A stretch of 24,000 nt of DNA from NCBI GenBank assembly GCA_016839515.1, contig JAEOUE010000183.1, positions 626 through 24,625 on the forward strand, given 5' to 3'. The translations under genes and the position numbers were made by a program. Every line of letters begins with the position of its first letter. Positions within the stretch are counted from its first letter, which is position 1. Positions 1 through 7,805 of the stretch are shown here, piece by piece. Below the pieces are notes generated by a model. The model was not told where the DNA came from. It saw nothing but the letters and a program-made list of their open reading frames with translations, and did not search any database. The stretch comes from Candidatus Hodarchaeum mangrovi. Lineage in GTDB: Archaea > Asgardarchaeota > Heimdallarchaeia > Hodarchaeales > Hodarchaeaceae.

Positions 1-984
1 ACCAAAGCCGAATCCTGCGACTAAAAGGGGGATTGTCACGAATAATAGGTTTGTGATTAATGGTGTAGCGGTAATACCTATACCCACACAAGTTACCCCT
101 AAAATCATATTCATTCTATAGCCTATCAACCTAGCAATTCTCACTGTTAATAGACGACTAATTATTGCACAAAAGTCTCTCACGGCAAGGAGGCTACCTA
201 TTTCTAAAGAAGCCAATCCTAATCCCTTGAGAAATAAAGGATGAAATGAAACTACCACACCATAGCTTAATGACATGAGAAAAGATCCAATGGTTGCTAG
301 TTTTATGTTTCTTTTGCTTCGAAAAAGACAGATAGCCTTGGAATAACTCTCCAGAATTCCCTTTTTCTCATGAATGACTACTTTATTAAATTCTCGAACT
401 CGTGCTTTGCGATTCTCCTTTAAAAGAGGAAACGTTGAGAAAAATCCTACCATAGCGAGACATGTAAAAGCTAAAAAGACGGATTCATAACCTATTTGAT
501 CAATAAACCATCCAGCAATCGGTGGGCCAACTAACTGACCTAATCCTGTAACTGTTAAATATTGTCCCAATAATGTAGGTCGTTCACTGTCACTTCCCAT
601 TTCTGAGATATATGCAGGTTCTGTTACGCGAAATGATGCTGCTGTAATTCCCCAAAACATCTGTGCAGGTAGAAATAACAGAACTTGTTGTGTGATCATA
701 CTGATAAAGAATGTTACTCCTGATGCCAATCCAAGTACGAATGTTACTCCATAAAAGAGCTCCCAACCAAACCTATCAGCCCCTTCTCCAAGAGGTATCC
801 GAAATCCTGTTTGAATTATCATCCTTATGCTAACAATCAATCCGACTATAGCTGTTGTTGCTCCTAATGTGGTAGCTGCTAAAGGTATTGTGGGACTTAG
901 TAGACCCAACATAGTAGTATACAAAGTTCCAATCCAAATTATTAGCATAAGATCTTTATTCAATCTATATTATTACCTCTTTCA
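1..984 (-). CDS. MFS-family transporter, N-terminal ~328 codons (3' end runs off the left edge of the window)
   Basis: Not in the supplied ORF track. I reverse-complemented and translated 1-1023 by hand. The frame is stop-free from the in-frame TGA at 1026-1024 down to position 1. ATG at 984-982 gives MKEVIYRLNKDLMLIIWIGTLYTTMLGLLSPTIPLAATTLG...; an alternative ATG lies at 948-946. The product has successive hydrophobic helices, an MFS motif-A-like loop (GEGADRFGWE, i.e. G-x-x-x-D-R-x-G) and a basic central loop (KENRKARVREFNK). It is co-directional with the upstream dipeptidase genes, 66 nt after the stop of the first. Confidence 0.75.
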
Positions 985-1050
985 TTTTTCTTTCTAGTAA
1001 TATAGTTAAAGATTTCCATAAATCTCACGATGGAGTCATTAAATGGGAAT

Positions 1051-2121
1051 TTAGCCTATTACTCTTTTCATGAGATGCATCGCATTTCCAGCTACGATTT
1101 TTTCTATCTCCTGGTCACTATAACCTCTAGAAACTAAACCACGGATGATATTTGGCCATTCCTCAGGACTCTCAATTCCTCTCATATACGGAGCATTTAA
1201 GGTTTGCCCTGTACGTTCCAAAAAGAAGATTGATTTAGCTGCTTGACGATGATATTCAACTTGATCCTCAAAAACATTATCTAATCCTATTGCACATTTA
1301 TCATTACCTATTAAATCAACAATATAGTCAATATGATTTAAGAGGTCATCAATACTTTGCACTGATTTATTGCTTAGCTGATTGGGAATAGCAGAGACTC
1401 CAGCAATCCCCTTTTTTTCAGCTAGAGCCATGAGCTCTTCGTCGGTCTTTAAGCGTTTACATTGAGGATTTAAGGCGCGTGCTCCCACATGATTGGCAAT
1501 TACTGGATCTTTGGAGACCTGAATTGTGTCAAGTGTTGTTTGGACTCCAACATGGGATAAATCAATTAGCATCCCAATCTTATTCATCTGTTCGACTAAA
1601 TTAATACCGAAATATGATAACCCTTCATTTGTTCTTTCACCACATCCATCGCCTGCATATGTCCGCGTATTGAATGTAAGCAGAGCCATCCTAATTCCAA
1701 GTCCATAGGCAACTTCTACATTTTCTAGATCTTTACCAAAAGTCTGAGGTTCAAGCTGAAACATTATAGCTATCTTCTTCTCCTTCTTAGCACGTCTAAA
1801 GTCGTCAGCTCTGAAAGCAACCATAAAATCTGGATGTTTTATTGCACGTTGCATTAGATATCCTAATTCGTTCATCGATTGCTGAAAGTTTTCGTGAATT
1901 CCTGCAATAGCCTCTACGAATCCAGTTACACCAGAATTCTTTATTCTGGGTACAATGAAGTCTTCATCAGGCAGGATGTGCGAATGAAGGTCAATTGTTA
2001 CTATTTTTTTGTGTAATTCCTCAGCCCGTTCTTCTTCTGCTTTATCAAGTTTAACTAAGCGTTCTTTCAGAGGAAGCTTCAAATATTCGTTTAATGGAAG
2101 CATATTATACATTCCTATCAA
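1051..2121 (-). CDS. M19 (renal/membrane dipeptidase family)-like metallohydrolase, paralogue A1
   Basis: Collinear by-eye match to human DPEP1 along the whole length. TIDLHSHIL aligns with IDGHNDLP. FQLEP aligns with the bridging Glu of GVEGG. GLSYFG..MNKIGMLIDLSHVG aligns with GLSPFG..LNRLGVLIDLAHVS. PVIANHVGAR aligns with PVIFSHSSAY. AIGLDNVF aligns with GFGGDFDG. GYSDQEIEKIVAGNAM aligns with NWTEAEVKGALADNLL. The track start is TTG 2121. ATG 2103 (MLPLNEYLKL, AGGA 9 nt upstream) fits the paralogue N-termini better. Confidence 0.85.
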   Translation of the reverse strand: MIGMYNMLPLNEYLKLPLKERLVKLDKAEEERAEELHKKIVTIDLHSHILPDEDFIVPRIKNSGVTGFVEAIAGIHENFQQSMNELGYLMQRAIKHPDFMVAFRADDFRRAKKEKKIAIMFQLEPQTFGKDLENVEVAYGLGIRMALLTFNTRTYAGDGCGERTNEGLSYFGINLVEQMNKIGMLIDLSHVGVQTTLDTIQVSKDPVIANHVGARALNPQCKRLKTDEELMALAEKKGIAGVSAIPNQLSNKSVQSIDDLLNHIDYIVDLIGNDKCAIGLDNVFEDQVEYHRQAAKSIFFLERTGQTLNAPYMRGIESPEEWPNIIRGLVSRGYSDQEIEKIVAGNAMHLMKRVIG

Positions 2122-2156
2122 TTTATATTGGGATAGGAGGAGAAAATAAATTCCTA

Positions 2157-3236
2157 CTACCCGATAACTTTTTCAATGATTTTTAGCGCGTTCCCCCCGA
2201 TTATTTTTTGAATCTCTTCATCAGAATATCCTTCTGAGACTAAACCACGAACTATATTTTTCCATTCATGTGGACCTTCTAAACCGAAGAGGAAATCACC
2301 TTTAAGCTGTATCCCAGATTTATCAAAATTCCTAGAAGCCGCATTTTTTCTATGACCAGCCACCTGATCACGAAATACGTTATCTAGACCAATAGCGACA
2401 TAATTGATACCGACTAGGTTTACACAGTGGTTAATATGTTTAAGATGGTCTTCGATTCCTTGATTAACATCGAAAGAGAGTTGATTAGGGATTCCACTTA
2501 TGCCAATTAACCCTTTTTTCTCTGCGATAGCCTGTAATTCCTCGTCTTCTCTTAAACGTTTACATGGTGGATTTAGAGCTCGTGCACCCGCATGATTAAA
2601 TACACAAGGGTCTTTTGAATAGTCAATAGCATCCAAGGATGTCTGTATTCCACAATGGCTCAAATCTATTAACATTCCAATTTTATTCATACGATCCACA
2701 ATTTCTAAACCAAAATAACTTAAGCCTATATTAGTTCTTTCAGCAATACCATCGCCAATATAATTTCTAGTATTGAAAGATAATAAAGCCATCCTTATCC
2801 CAAGTCCATATGCTATATCTACATTATCTAAGTTCTTTCCGAATGTATTGGGTTCTAATTGAAAAAGTACTGCCTGTTTCCCTTCTTCCTTTGCTTTCAG
2901 TATATCTTTAGCTTTATAAGCTGGCATCAGACTTGGTTCTTTCTCAGTGATAGCTAGATACCTGCCTAGAAGATTCATGGATTCAGAAAAATCCTCTGAA
3001 AGCGCTGGAACAGCTTCAAAACAGCCTTCAACGCCCATTTGATGAACTAGGTTCATTTTTTCCTCATTCCACTCGAAAATTACTGATCCATAGATATGTG
3101 TATGTAAATCAATTTTCAATGATCTTTTAAAAAGTTCCTCGGCTCGTTCAGCCTCTGATGGGCTCAATTTGATGTATTTTTCTTCTTGTGGAAGTTTTAG
3201 ATATTCTTCACGTGAAAAACCTCTGTTTGGCATCAA
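2157..3236 (-). CDS. M19-like metallohydrolase, paralogue B1
   Basis: Same M19 architecture: DLHTHI, FQLEP, LIDLSHCG, CVFNHAGAR, IGLDNVF, GYSDEEIQKIIGGNAL. Subtype-B markers: HTH, FEAVP, SHCGIQTSLDAI. The likely true start is ATG 3233, with GAGGT 8 nt upstream, rather than TTG 3236. Confidence 0.85.
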   Translation of the reverse strand: MMPNRGFSREEYLKLPQEEKYIKLSPSEAERAEELFKRSLKIDLHTHIYGSVIFEWNEEKMNLVHQMGVEGCFEAVPALSEDFSESMNLLGRYLAITEKEPSLMPAYKAKDILKAKEEGKQAVLFQLEPNTFGKNLDNVDIAYGLGIRMALLSFNTRNYIGDGIAERTNIGLSYFGLEIVDRMNKIGMLIDLSHCGIQTSLDAIDYSKDPCVFNHAGARALNPPCKRLREDEELQAIAEKKGLIGISGIPNQLSFDVNQGIEDHLKHINHCVNLVGINYVAIGLDNVFRDQVAGHRKNAASRNFDKSGIQLKGDFLFGLEGPHEWKNIVRGLVSEGYSDEEIQKIIGGNALKIIEKVIG

Positions 3237-3263
3237 TTTCTACCTCTTTTAAGTTCAAAAAGA

Positions 3264-4316
3264 TCAACCTATAACCCTTTCAATTATAGAAAGAGCATTT
3301 CCTGAGAGAATTTTTTCAATATTCTGATCACTGTATCCCCTTTGAACTAACCCCCGAGTGATATTAGCAAACTCCTCTGGATTTTCAATCCCATACATAT
3401 ACGGGGCATTTAATCCTTGTCCAATGTATGAAAGTTTAAAGATTTGTTTAGCTTGTTGACGATGGTAACCAACTTGGTCTCCGAATACATTATCAAGTCC
3501 AATAGCAACGTTATTAATACCAATCAGGTCAACCATATAATCAAGATGATTTAATAGGTCGTTTATCCCTTGTTCTTCTTCACTACTTAGTTGATTGGGA
3601 ATAGCAGAAACTCCTGCAATCCCACCTTTCTCAGCTATTGCTTTGAGTTCTTCATCAGTCTTTAACCGTTTACATTGAGGATGTAATGTGCGTGCTCCTA
3701 CATGGTTTGCAATAACTGGACTTTTAGATACTTCAACCGTATCCAGCGTAGTTTGGACACCTACATGCGAAAGATCGATCAAAATCCCAACCTTGTTCAT
3801 TCTATCAACCAAGTCTATACCAAAGTAAGACAATCCCTCATTGGTTCGCTCTCCACATCCATCACCTGCATAAGTTCGAGTGTTAAATGTAAGAAGAGCC
3901 ATTCTTACTCCAAATCCAAAAGCAAAATCTACATTGTCCAAGTTTTTACCAAATGTTTGAGGTTCTAATTGAAACATTACAGCCATTTTTCCCTCCTTTT
4001 TTGCTCGTTTGAAATCCTCCGCTCTCAAAGCGAGCATAAACTCTGGATGTTTATTCAATTTAGTTCTAAAAGACCCTAATATATTCATCGATTCTTGAAA
4101 ATCTTCAGTTACACCGGCAATTGCTTCAATCCAGCCGCAAACTCCTGAATTTTTGATCCGATCTAGGATAAAATACTTATCCATTAGAATATGAGAATGC
4201 ATATCTATTGAAATTAATTTTTTGTGTAATTCTTCGGCTCGTTCTTCCTCTACTTTGTCTAACTTAATAAAACGTTCTTTCAAGGGCAATTTCAAATATT
4301 CTTCTCTAGAAATCAA
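3264..4316 (-). CDS. M19-like metallohydrolase, paralogue A2
   Basis: Close paralogue of 1051-2121. Shared strings include EEERAEELHKK, HSHIL, MFQLEPQTFGK, RMALLTFNTRTYAGDGCGERTNEGLSYFG, LIDLSHVGVQTTLDT, PVIANHVGAR, PQCKRLKTDEEL and GIAGVSAIPNQLS. TTG start at 4316 with AAGGAGG about 9 nt upstream. Confidence 0.85.
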   Translation of the reverse strand: MISREEYLKLPLKERFIKLDKVEEERAEELHKKLISIDMHSHILMDKYFILDRIKNSGVCGWIEAIAGVTEDFQESMNILGSFRTKLNKHPEFMLALRAEDFKRAKKEGKMAVMFQLEPQTFGKNLDNVDFAFGFGVRMALLTFNTRTYAGDGCGERTNEGLSYFGIDLVDRMNKVGILIDLSHVGVQTTLDTVEVSKSPVIANHVGARTLHPQCKRLKTDEELKAIAEKGGIAGVSAIPNQLSSEEEQGINDLLNHLDYMVDLIGINNVAIGLDNVFGDQVGYHRQQAKQIFKLSYIGQGLNAPYMYGIENPEEFANITRGLVQRGYSDQNIEKILSGNALSIIERVIG

Positions 4317-4328
4317 AAATATTCCTCC

Positions 4329-5399
4329 TTAACCAACTACTTTCTCAAGTATTCGTAACGCATTTCCGCCAATTATTTTGTCTACCTCTTGGTCACTGTA
4401 TCCCCTCTTAATTAATCCCCTAATAATATTGGGCCAGTCACTCGGAGACTCTAGACCATAAATATAATCCGCTGCAAGGACTATCCCTGCACGCTCCAAG
4501 TTAACTGTTTTTTCAGCTGCCATTTTTCTATGGAAAGCTACTTGGTCATGAAATGTGTTATCTAAACCTATTCCTACATGATCAACTCCCACTAGATTCG
4601 CAATATATTCAATATGGTTTAAATGATCCTCAATACTCTGTTCGGGTTTGCTAGACAATTGGTTGGGAATAGCAGAGATACCAATCAGCCCACCCTTCTC
4701 TACCAATGCTTTTAATTCCTCATCGGTTCTTAATCGCCCAACTGGTTCATTTAAAGCTCGGGCTCCTGTATGATTGAACAGACATGGGTCTTTGGAATGG
4801 TCAATTGCGTCTAGTGCAGTTTGAACGCCACAATGGCTGAGATCAATCAATATTCCAGCGTTGTTCAAACGTTCTACTAACTCAAGGCCCAAGTAACTGA
4901 GTCCTGCATTGGTTTTTTCTCCACAACCGTCGCCAATGTATGTTCGTGTGTTAAAGGTAAGGAGAATCATTCTAAATCCTAGCCCATAGGCAACATCTAC
5001 CAGGTCGAGATTTCGTCTGCCACTCCATGGTTCCAGCTGATACAAAATAGCCTGTTTGTTTTCCTTTTTAGCCTTTTTGATGTCTGCAGCGGTAAAAGCA
5101 GACACTAATCCCGGTTCTTTCTCGACAATACTACGATAGCGTCCAATTATTGCTGTTGTCTCGGCAAAATCTTCATTTAAGCATGGAACAGCTTCAAAAC
5201 ATCCATCAATTCCAGAATTTTCGACTAATTTTCTAATATTCGCATTCCACTCGAAATGGATCGAACCAAATATGTGGGTATGCAAATCGACTTTAATACT
5301 CTTTGAGAAGAGTTCATCAGCTCTTTCTTTTTCAGAAGGACTGAGTTGAATAAATCTCTCTTCAGGACTAAGAGAGAGATACTTGTCTCTAGATATCAT
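4329..5399 (-). CDS. M19-like metallohydrolase, paralogue B2 (first gene of the minus-strand operon)
   Basis: Motifs DLHTHI, YQLEPWSGRRNLDL, LIDLSHCGVQTALDAI, CLFNHTGAR and IGLDNTF. ATG at 5399 with GAGGT 8 nt upstream. Only 12 nt separate it from the next gene. It is the closest relative of the plus-strand copy at 12025-13077. Confidence 0.88.
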   Translation of the reverse strand: MISRDKYLSLSPEERFIQLSPSEKERADELFSKSIKVDLHTHIFGSIHFEWNANIRKLVENSGIDGCFEAVPCLNEDFAETTAIIGRYRSIVEKEPGLVSAFTAADIKKAKKENKQAILYQLEPWSGRRNLDLVDVAYGLGFRMILLTFNTRTYIGDGCGEKTNAGLSYLGLELVERLNNAGILIDLSHCGVQTALDAIDHSKDPCLFNHTGARALNEPVGRLRTDEELKALVEKGGLIGISAIPNQLSSKPEQSIEDHLNHIEYIANLVGVDHVGIGLDNTFHDQVAFHRKMAAEKTVNLERAGIVLAADYIYGLESPSDWPNIIRGLIKRGYSDQEVDKIIGGNALRILEKVVG

Positions 5400-5602
5400 C
5401 CTTAAATACCTCTAATGTTCGATAATGTTGGCAAAATTTATTTTTTTTATTTTTTCTTAAATTTTTCCATTAATTACTTTATAAATCGAAAAGCCTTTAC
5501 GGAAAGTTTTTTACTTATAATGAAAATTAAATAACGTTCTCCCAATAATATCGATTTCTTTTGTTATGGAGGAATCACAAAAAATAAATTGGTGAAAACA
5601 AA
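5400..5602. promoter_or_regulatory. Divergent intergenic region, probable promoters for the dipeptidase operon (-) and the ABC importer (+)
   Basis: A 203-nt very AT-rich gap between divergently oriented first genes. It contains TTTATAAA (5478-5485) and TATAAT (5516-5521). GGTGA (5591-5595) lies 7 nt before the TTG start at 5603. No transcription start can be assigned from sequence alone. Confidence 0.4.
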
Positions 5603-7315
5603 TTGTTGTTCATAAAAAATAGAAAAAATAATCTATATCTAAAAATTGGAGTTTTGGCACTCCTTTTAGTCCTATCTTCGTTCTCAGCAATCCCTATCAG
5701 AGCTCAGGAAAAGTCACGATTTGAATTTAAGCTAATTTACGGTGCTGGACGTTATGCCATGGACAAACAGATAGTAGAAACTGTTCAATCCTTTTTGGCT
5801 GACATTGATGTCAAAATGACTATTGAATCTAGGGATTGGGCTTCCTTCTCTGCTGCTCAAAGAGAAAGTAACATAACAAAGTTAACGGAAGATTACCAAG
5901 CATGGTTCGTAGGTTTCGGGAACCCCTGGATGAATGCAGATGGTGCGCTTAAGAATTTCATCTCTCAAAGAGGATTAGAGCCTCTTTTCTACAATAATTC
6001 TTATTTCGATCAATTATTTGTCCAGTCTCGGAAAGAATCCGATGAAACAGAGCTAATGAAACTCTATAAAGAAATGAATGATATTGTTATGACAGATGCT
6101 CCATGGATTTTCCTTGCAATTGAACCTAATCTTCATGCTGCTCAAGGAGTCCAGGGCCTAACGACATGGCATGATGAGTCAGTAATCGTCTCTGATGCCT
6201 ATTCTACAACATCAAATGACACTTTAACTCTTTCTCTTGGAACAGAACCATCAAAGTTCGATCCACAACATACATCAGGAATGTCCAACCTTGGTATTAT
6301 TCGACTCGTAACAGAGACTCTTGTTAGTTTAGATCAGGAAACTGGGGATGTCGTACCAGTATTAGCAACTTCGTGGGAAACTGATAATGAAGCAGAGAAC
6401 TGGACGATCCATATTCGTCAAGGTGTAAAGTTTCATGACGGTAGTGAGTTAACAGCAGAAGATGTAAGATACACACTTTGGGATCGATTATCGTCTCCAG
6501 ATAGTGGTGCTTTAGCCCAAGCATCCTTCGGTCCTCCAAGTGGTCCTATAAAGAATATTACAGTTGTTGACACATATACAGTAAAAATCGAGACCATTGG
6601 ATTCGCAGCATTAATGCCTTTCTTCAATTATCAGCCCTCAGAGATTGTTTCGAAGGCAAAATGTTTAGAATTATATAGAGAAAATGAAACAGTGCCTGGA
6701 GAAGATTTCCAGACTGATCCTTCTGGTACGGGCCCATATAAGTTTGTCGATTGGGTTAAAGGGGATCATATTACATTGATACGGAATGAGAATTATTGGG
6801 GTGAAAAACCAGCTTTCCAGACAATTATCATGAAAAAGATTACAGACTCCACATCTCGAGTTTCTGCGTTACTTGCTGGTGATGTGAACTATATACATCA
6901 AGTCCCTACAACTTCCGTTGCTACATTAATAGCAGATCCTGATGTCTACCTTATCAAAGCCGCTGAAGTTCGTATGATGCATATTGGTTTGAATCTTGAT
7001 TTTGATATCTTCAAAAACAGGAAAGTAAGACAAGCTATAAACTATGCTGTTAATCAGACCAAAATGGTTGAAACAATTTACGAAGGTTACGGATCACCCA
7101 TGATAGATACTATGATGTCTCCCAGCTCTTACGGGGTTCAACAAGGTAATATTAGCTATTCACAAGACGTTGAAAAGGCTAAACAACTCCTAGATGAGGC
7201 TGGATATACCGTTCCTAAAGAATCTGTTCCTGGATTTGATTTTCAAATCATGTTGATCGGAGTGATCTTTGCTGCTGGCCTAGGAAAGCGATTCCATCGT
7301 AAGCTAAGGAAATAA
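5603..7315 (+). CDS. ABC transporter substrate-binding protein, family 5 (Dpp/Opp type), apparently circularly permuted, with an N-terminal signal peptide and a C-terminal TM anchor
   Basis: N-terminus is MLFIKNRKNNLYLKIGVLALLLVLSSFSAIPIRA|QE: a positive n-region, a hydrophobic core and an AxA-like cleavage site, with no lipobox Cys. Family-5 SBP motifs present: TLTLSLGTEPSKFDPQ, ATSWE..NWTIHIRQGVKFHDGSELTAEDV, GTGPYKFVDW, ENYWGEKP, VRQAINYAVN and EKAKQLLDEAGY. The usual C-terminal block (DWASF, FVGFGNPW, YNNSYFDQL, LYKEMNDIVMTDAPWIFLA) lies upstream of these motifs. The protein ends with FDFQIMLIGVIFAAGLGKRFHRKLRK, a hydrophobic stretch plus a basic tail. TTG start with GGTGA 7 nt upstream. 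Confidence 0.85.
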   Translation: MLFIKNRKNNLYLKIGVLALLLVLSSFSAIPIRAQEKSRFEFKLIYGAGRYAMDKQIVETVQSFLADIDVKMTIESRDWASFSAAQRESNITKLTEDYQAWFVGFGNPWMNADGALKNFISQRGLEPLFYNNSYFDQLFVQSRKESDETELMKLYKEMNDIVMTDAPWIFLAIEPNLHAAQGVQGLTTWHDESVIVSDAYSTTSNDTLTLSLGTEPSKFDPQHTSGMSNLGIIRLVTETLVSLDQETGDVVPVLATSWETDNEAENWTIHIRQGVKFHDGSELTAEDVRYTLWDRLSSPDSGALAQASFGPPSGPIKNITVVDTYTVKIETIGFAALMPFFNYQPSEIVSKAKCLELYRENETVPGEDFQTDPSGTGPYKFVDWVKGDHITLIRNENYWGEKPAFQTIIMKKITDSTSRVSALLAGDVNYIHQVPTTSVATLIADPDVYLIKAAEVRMMHIGLNLDFDIFKNRKVRQAINYAVNQTKMVETIYEGYGSPMIDTMMSPSSYGVQQGNISYSQDVEKAKQLLDEAGYTVPKESVPGFDFQIMLIGVIFAAGLGKRFHRKLRK

Positions 7316-7389
7316 ATCATAGATCAGCTAAACATTATTTGGACTATAAGTGATTCTCGATTAAACTATCGATTCATCGCCCTCTATTT

Positions 7390-7423
7390 GTTATCCCCAT
7401 TATTTTGGGGATAACAGTTTTTT
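7390..7423 (+). terminator. Intrinsic (hairpin + T-run) terminator/attenuator downstream of the SBP gene
   Basis: Perfect 9-bp stem GTTATCCCC (7390-7398) / GGGGATAAC (7407-7415). The 8-nt loop is ATTATTTT. The stem is followed by AG and TTTTTT (7418-7423). It lies 75 nt after the SBP stop codon. Confidence 0.7.
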
Positions 7424-7805
7424 ATTGAAAACCATTGAAAGGAACTATAGTATAACCAAGTTTATAGTTATCGTTCTAGTACTCAGCTCTCTTAAAAAAT
7501 CCATTTCTGCTCTAATAATATATGACATATAGCTTATGTAACTGAAAGTTTACATTAGTATAAATTTAGAGACTAGAAAAGGAATTGAATAAGAAAAATT
7601 AATAATTATAGAGGTATTATAAAGGATTCAAGCGAGAAAGAAGTAATATCTCTCTGAAAACACATTTAATCATTTAAATATTGATTAGGACCACAAATTG
7701 GTTTAAGTATTTTCTATTTTTCCCATATAAGGAGAAGAATACAAAAATAAATAATAAAACTAACAAAAGATAATCATTCGTAAGTAAGAATCGCAGGTAT
7801 ATCTA

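Noticed and set aside
2137-2146. Strong GGAGGAG Shine-Dalgarno-like string on the plus strand between two minus-strand genes
   Set aside because: No start codon or ORF follows it on the plus strand. It is most likely fortuitous.
1526-3968. Plus-strand ORFs 1526-1708 (60 aa) and 3702-3968 (88 aa) inside the dipeptidase genes
   Set aside because: They lie fully antisense to strongly supported M19-like CDSs. They have low-complexity or odd composition and no Shine-Dalgarno. These are typical shadow ORFs.
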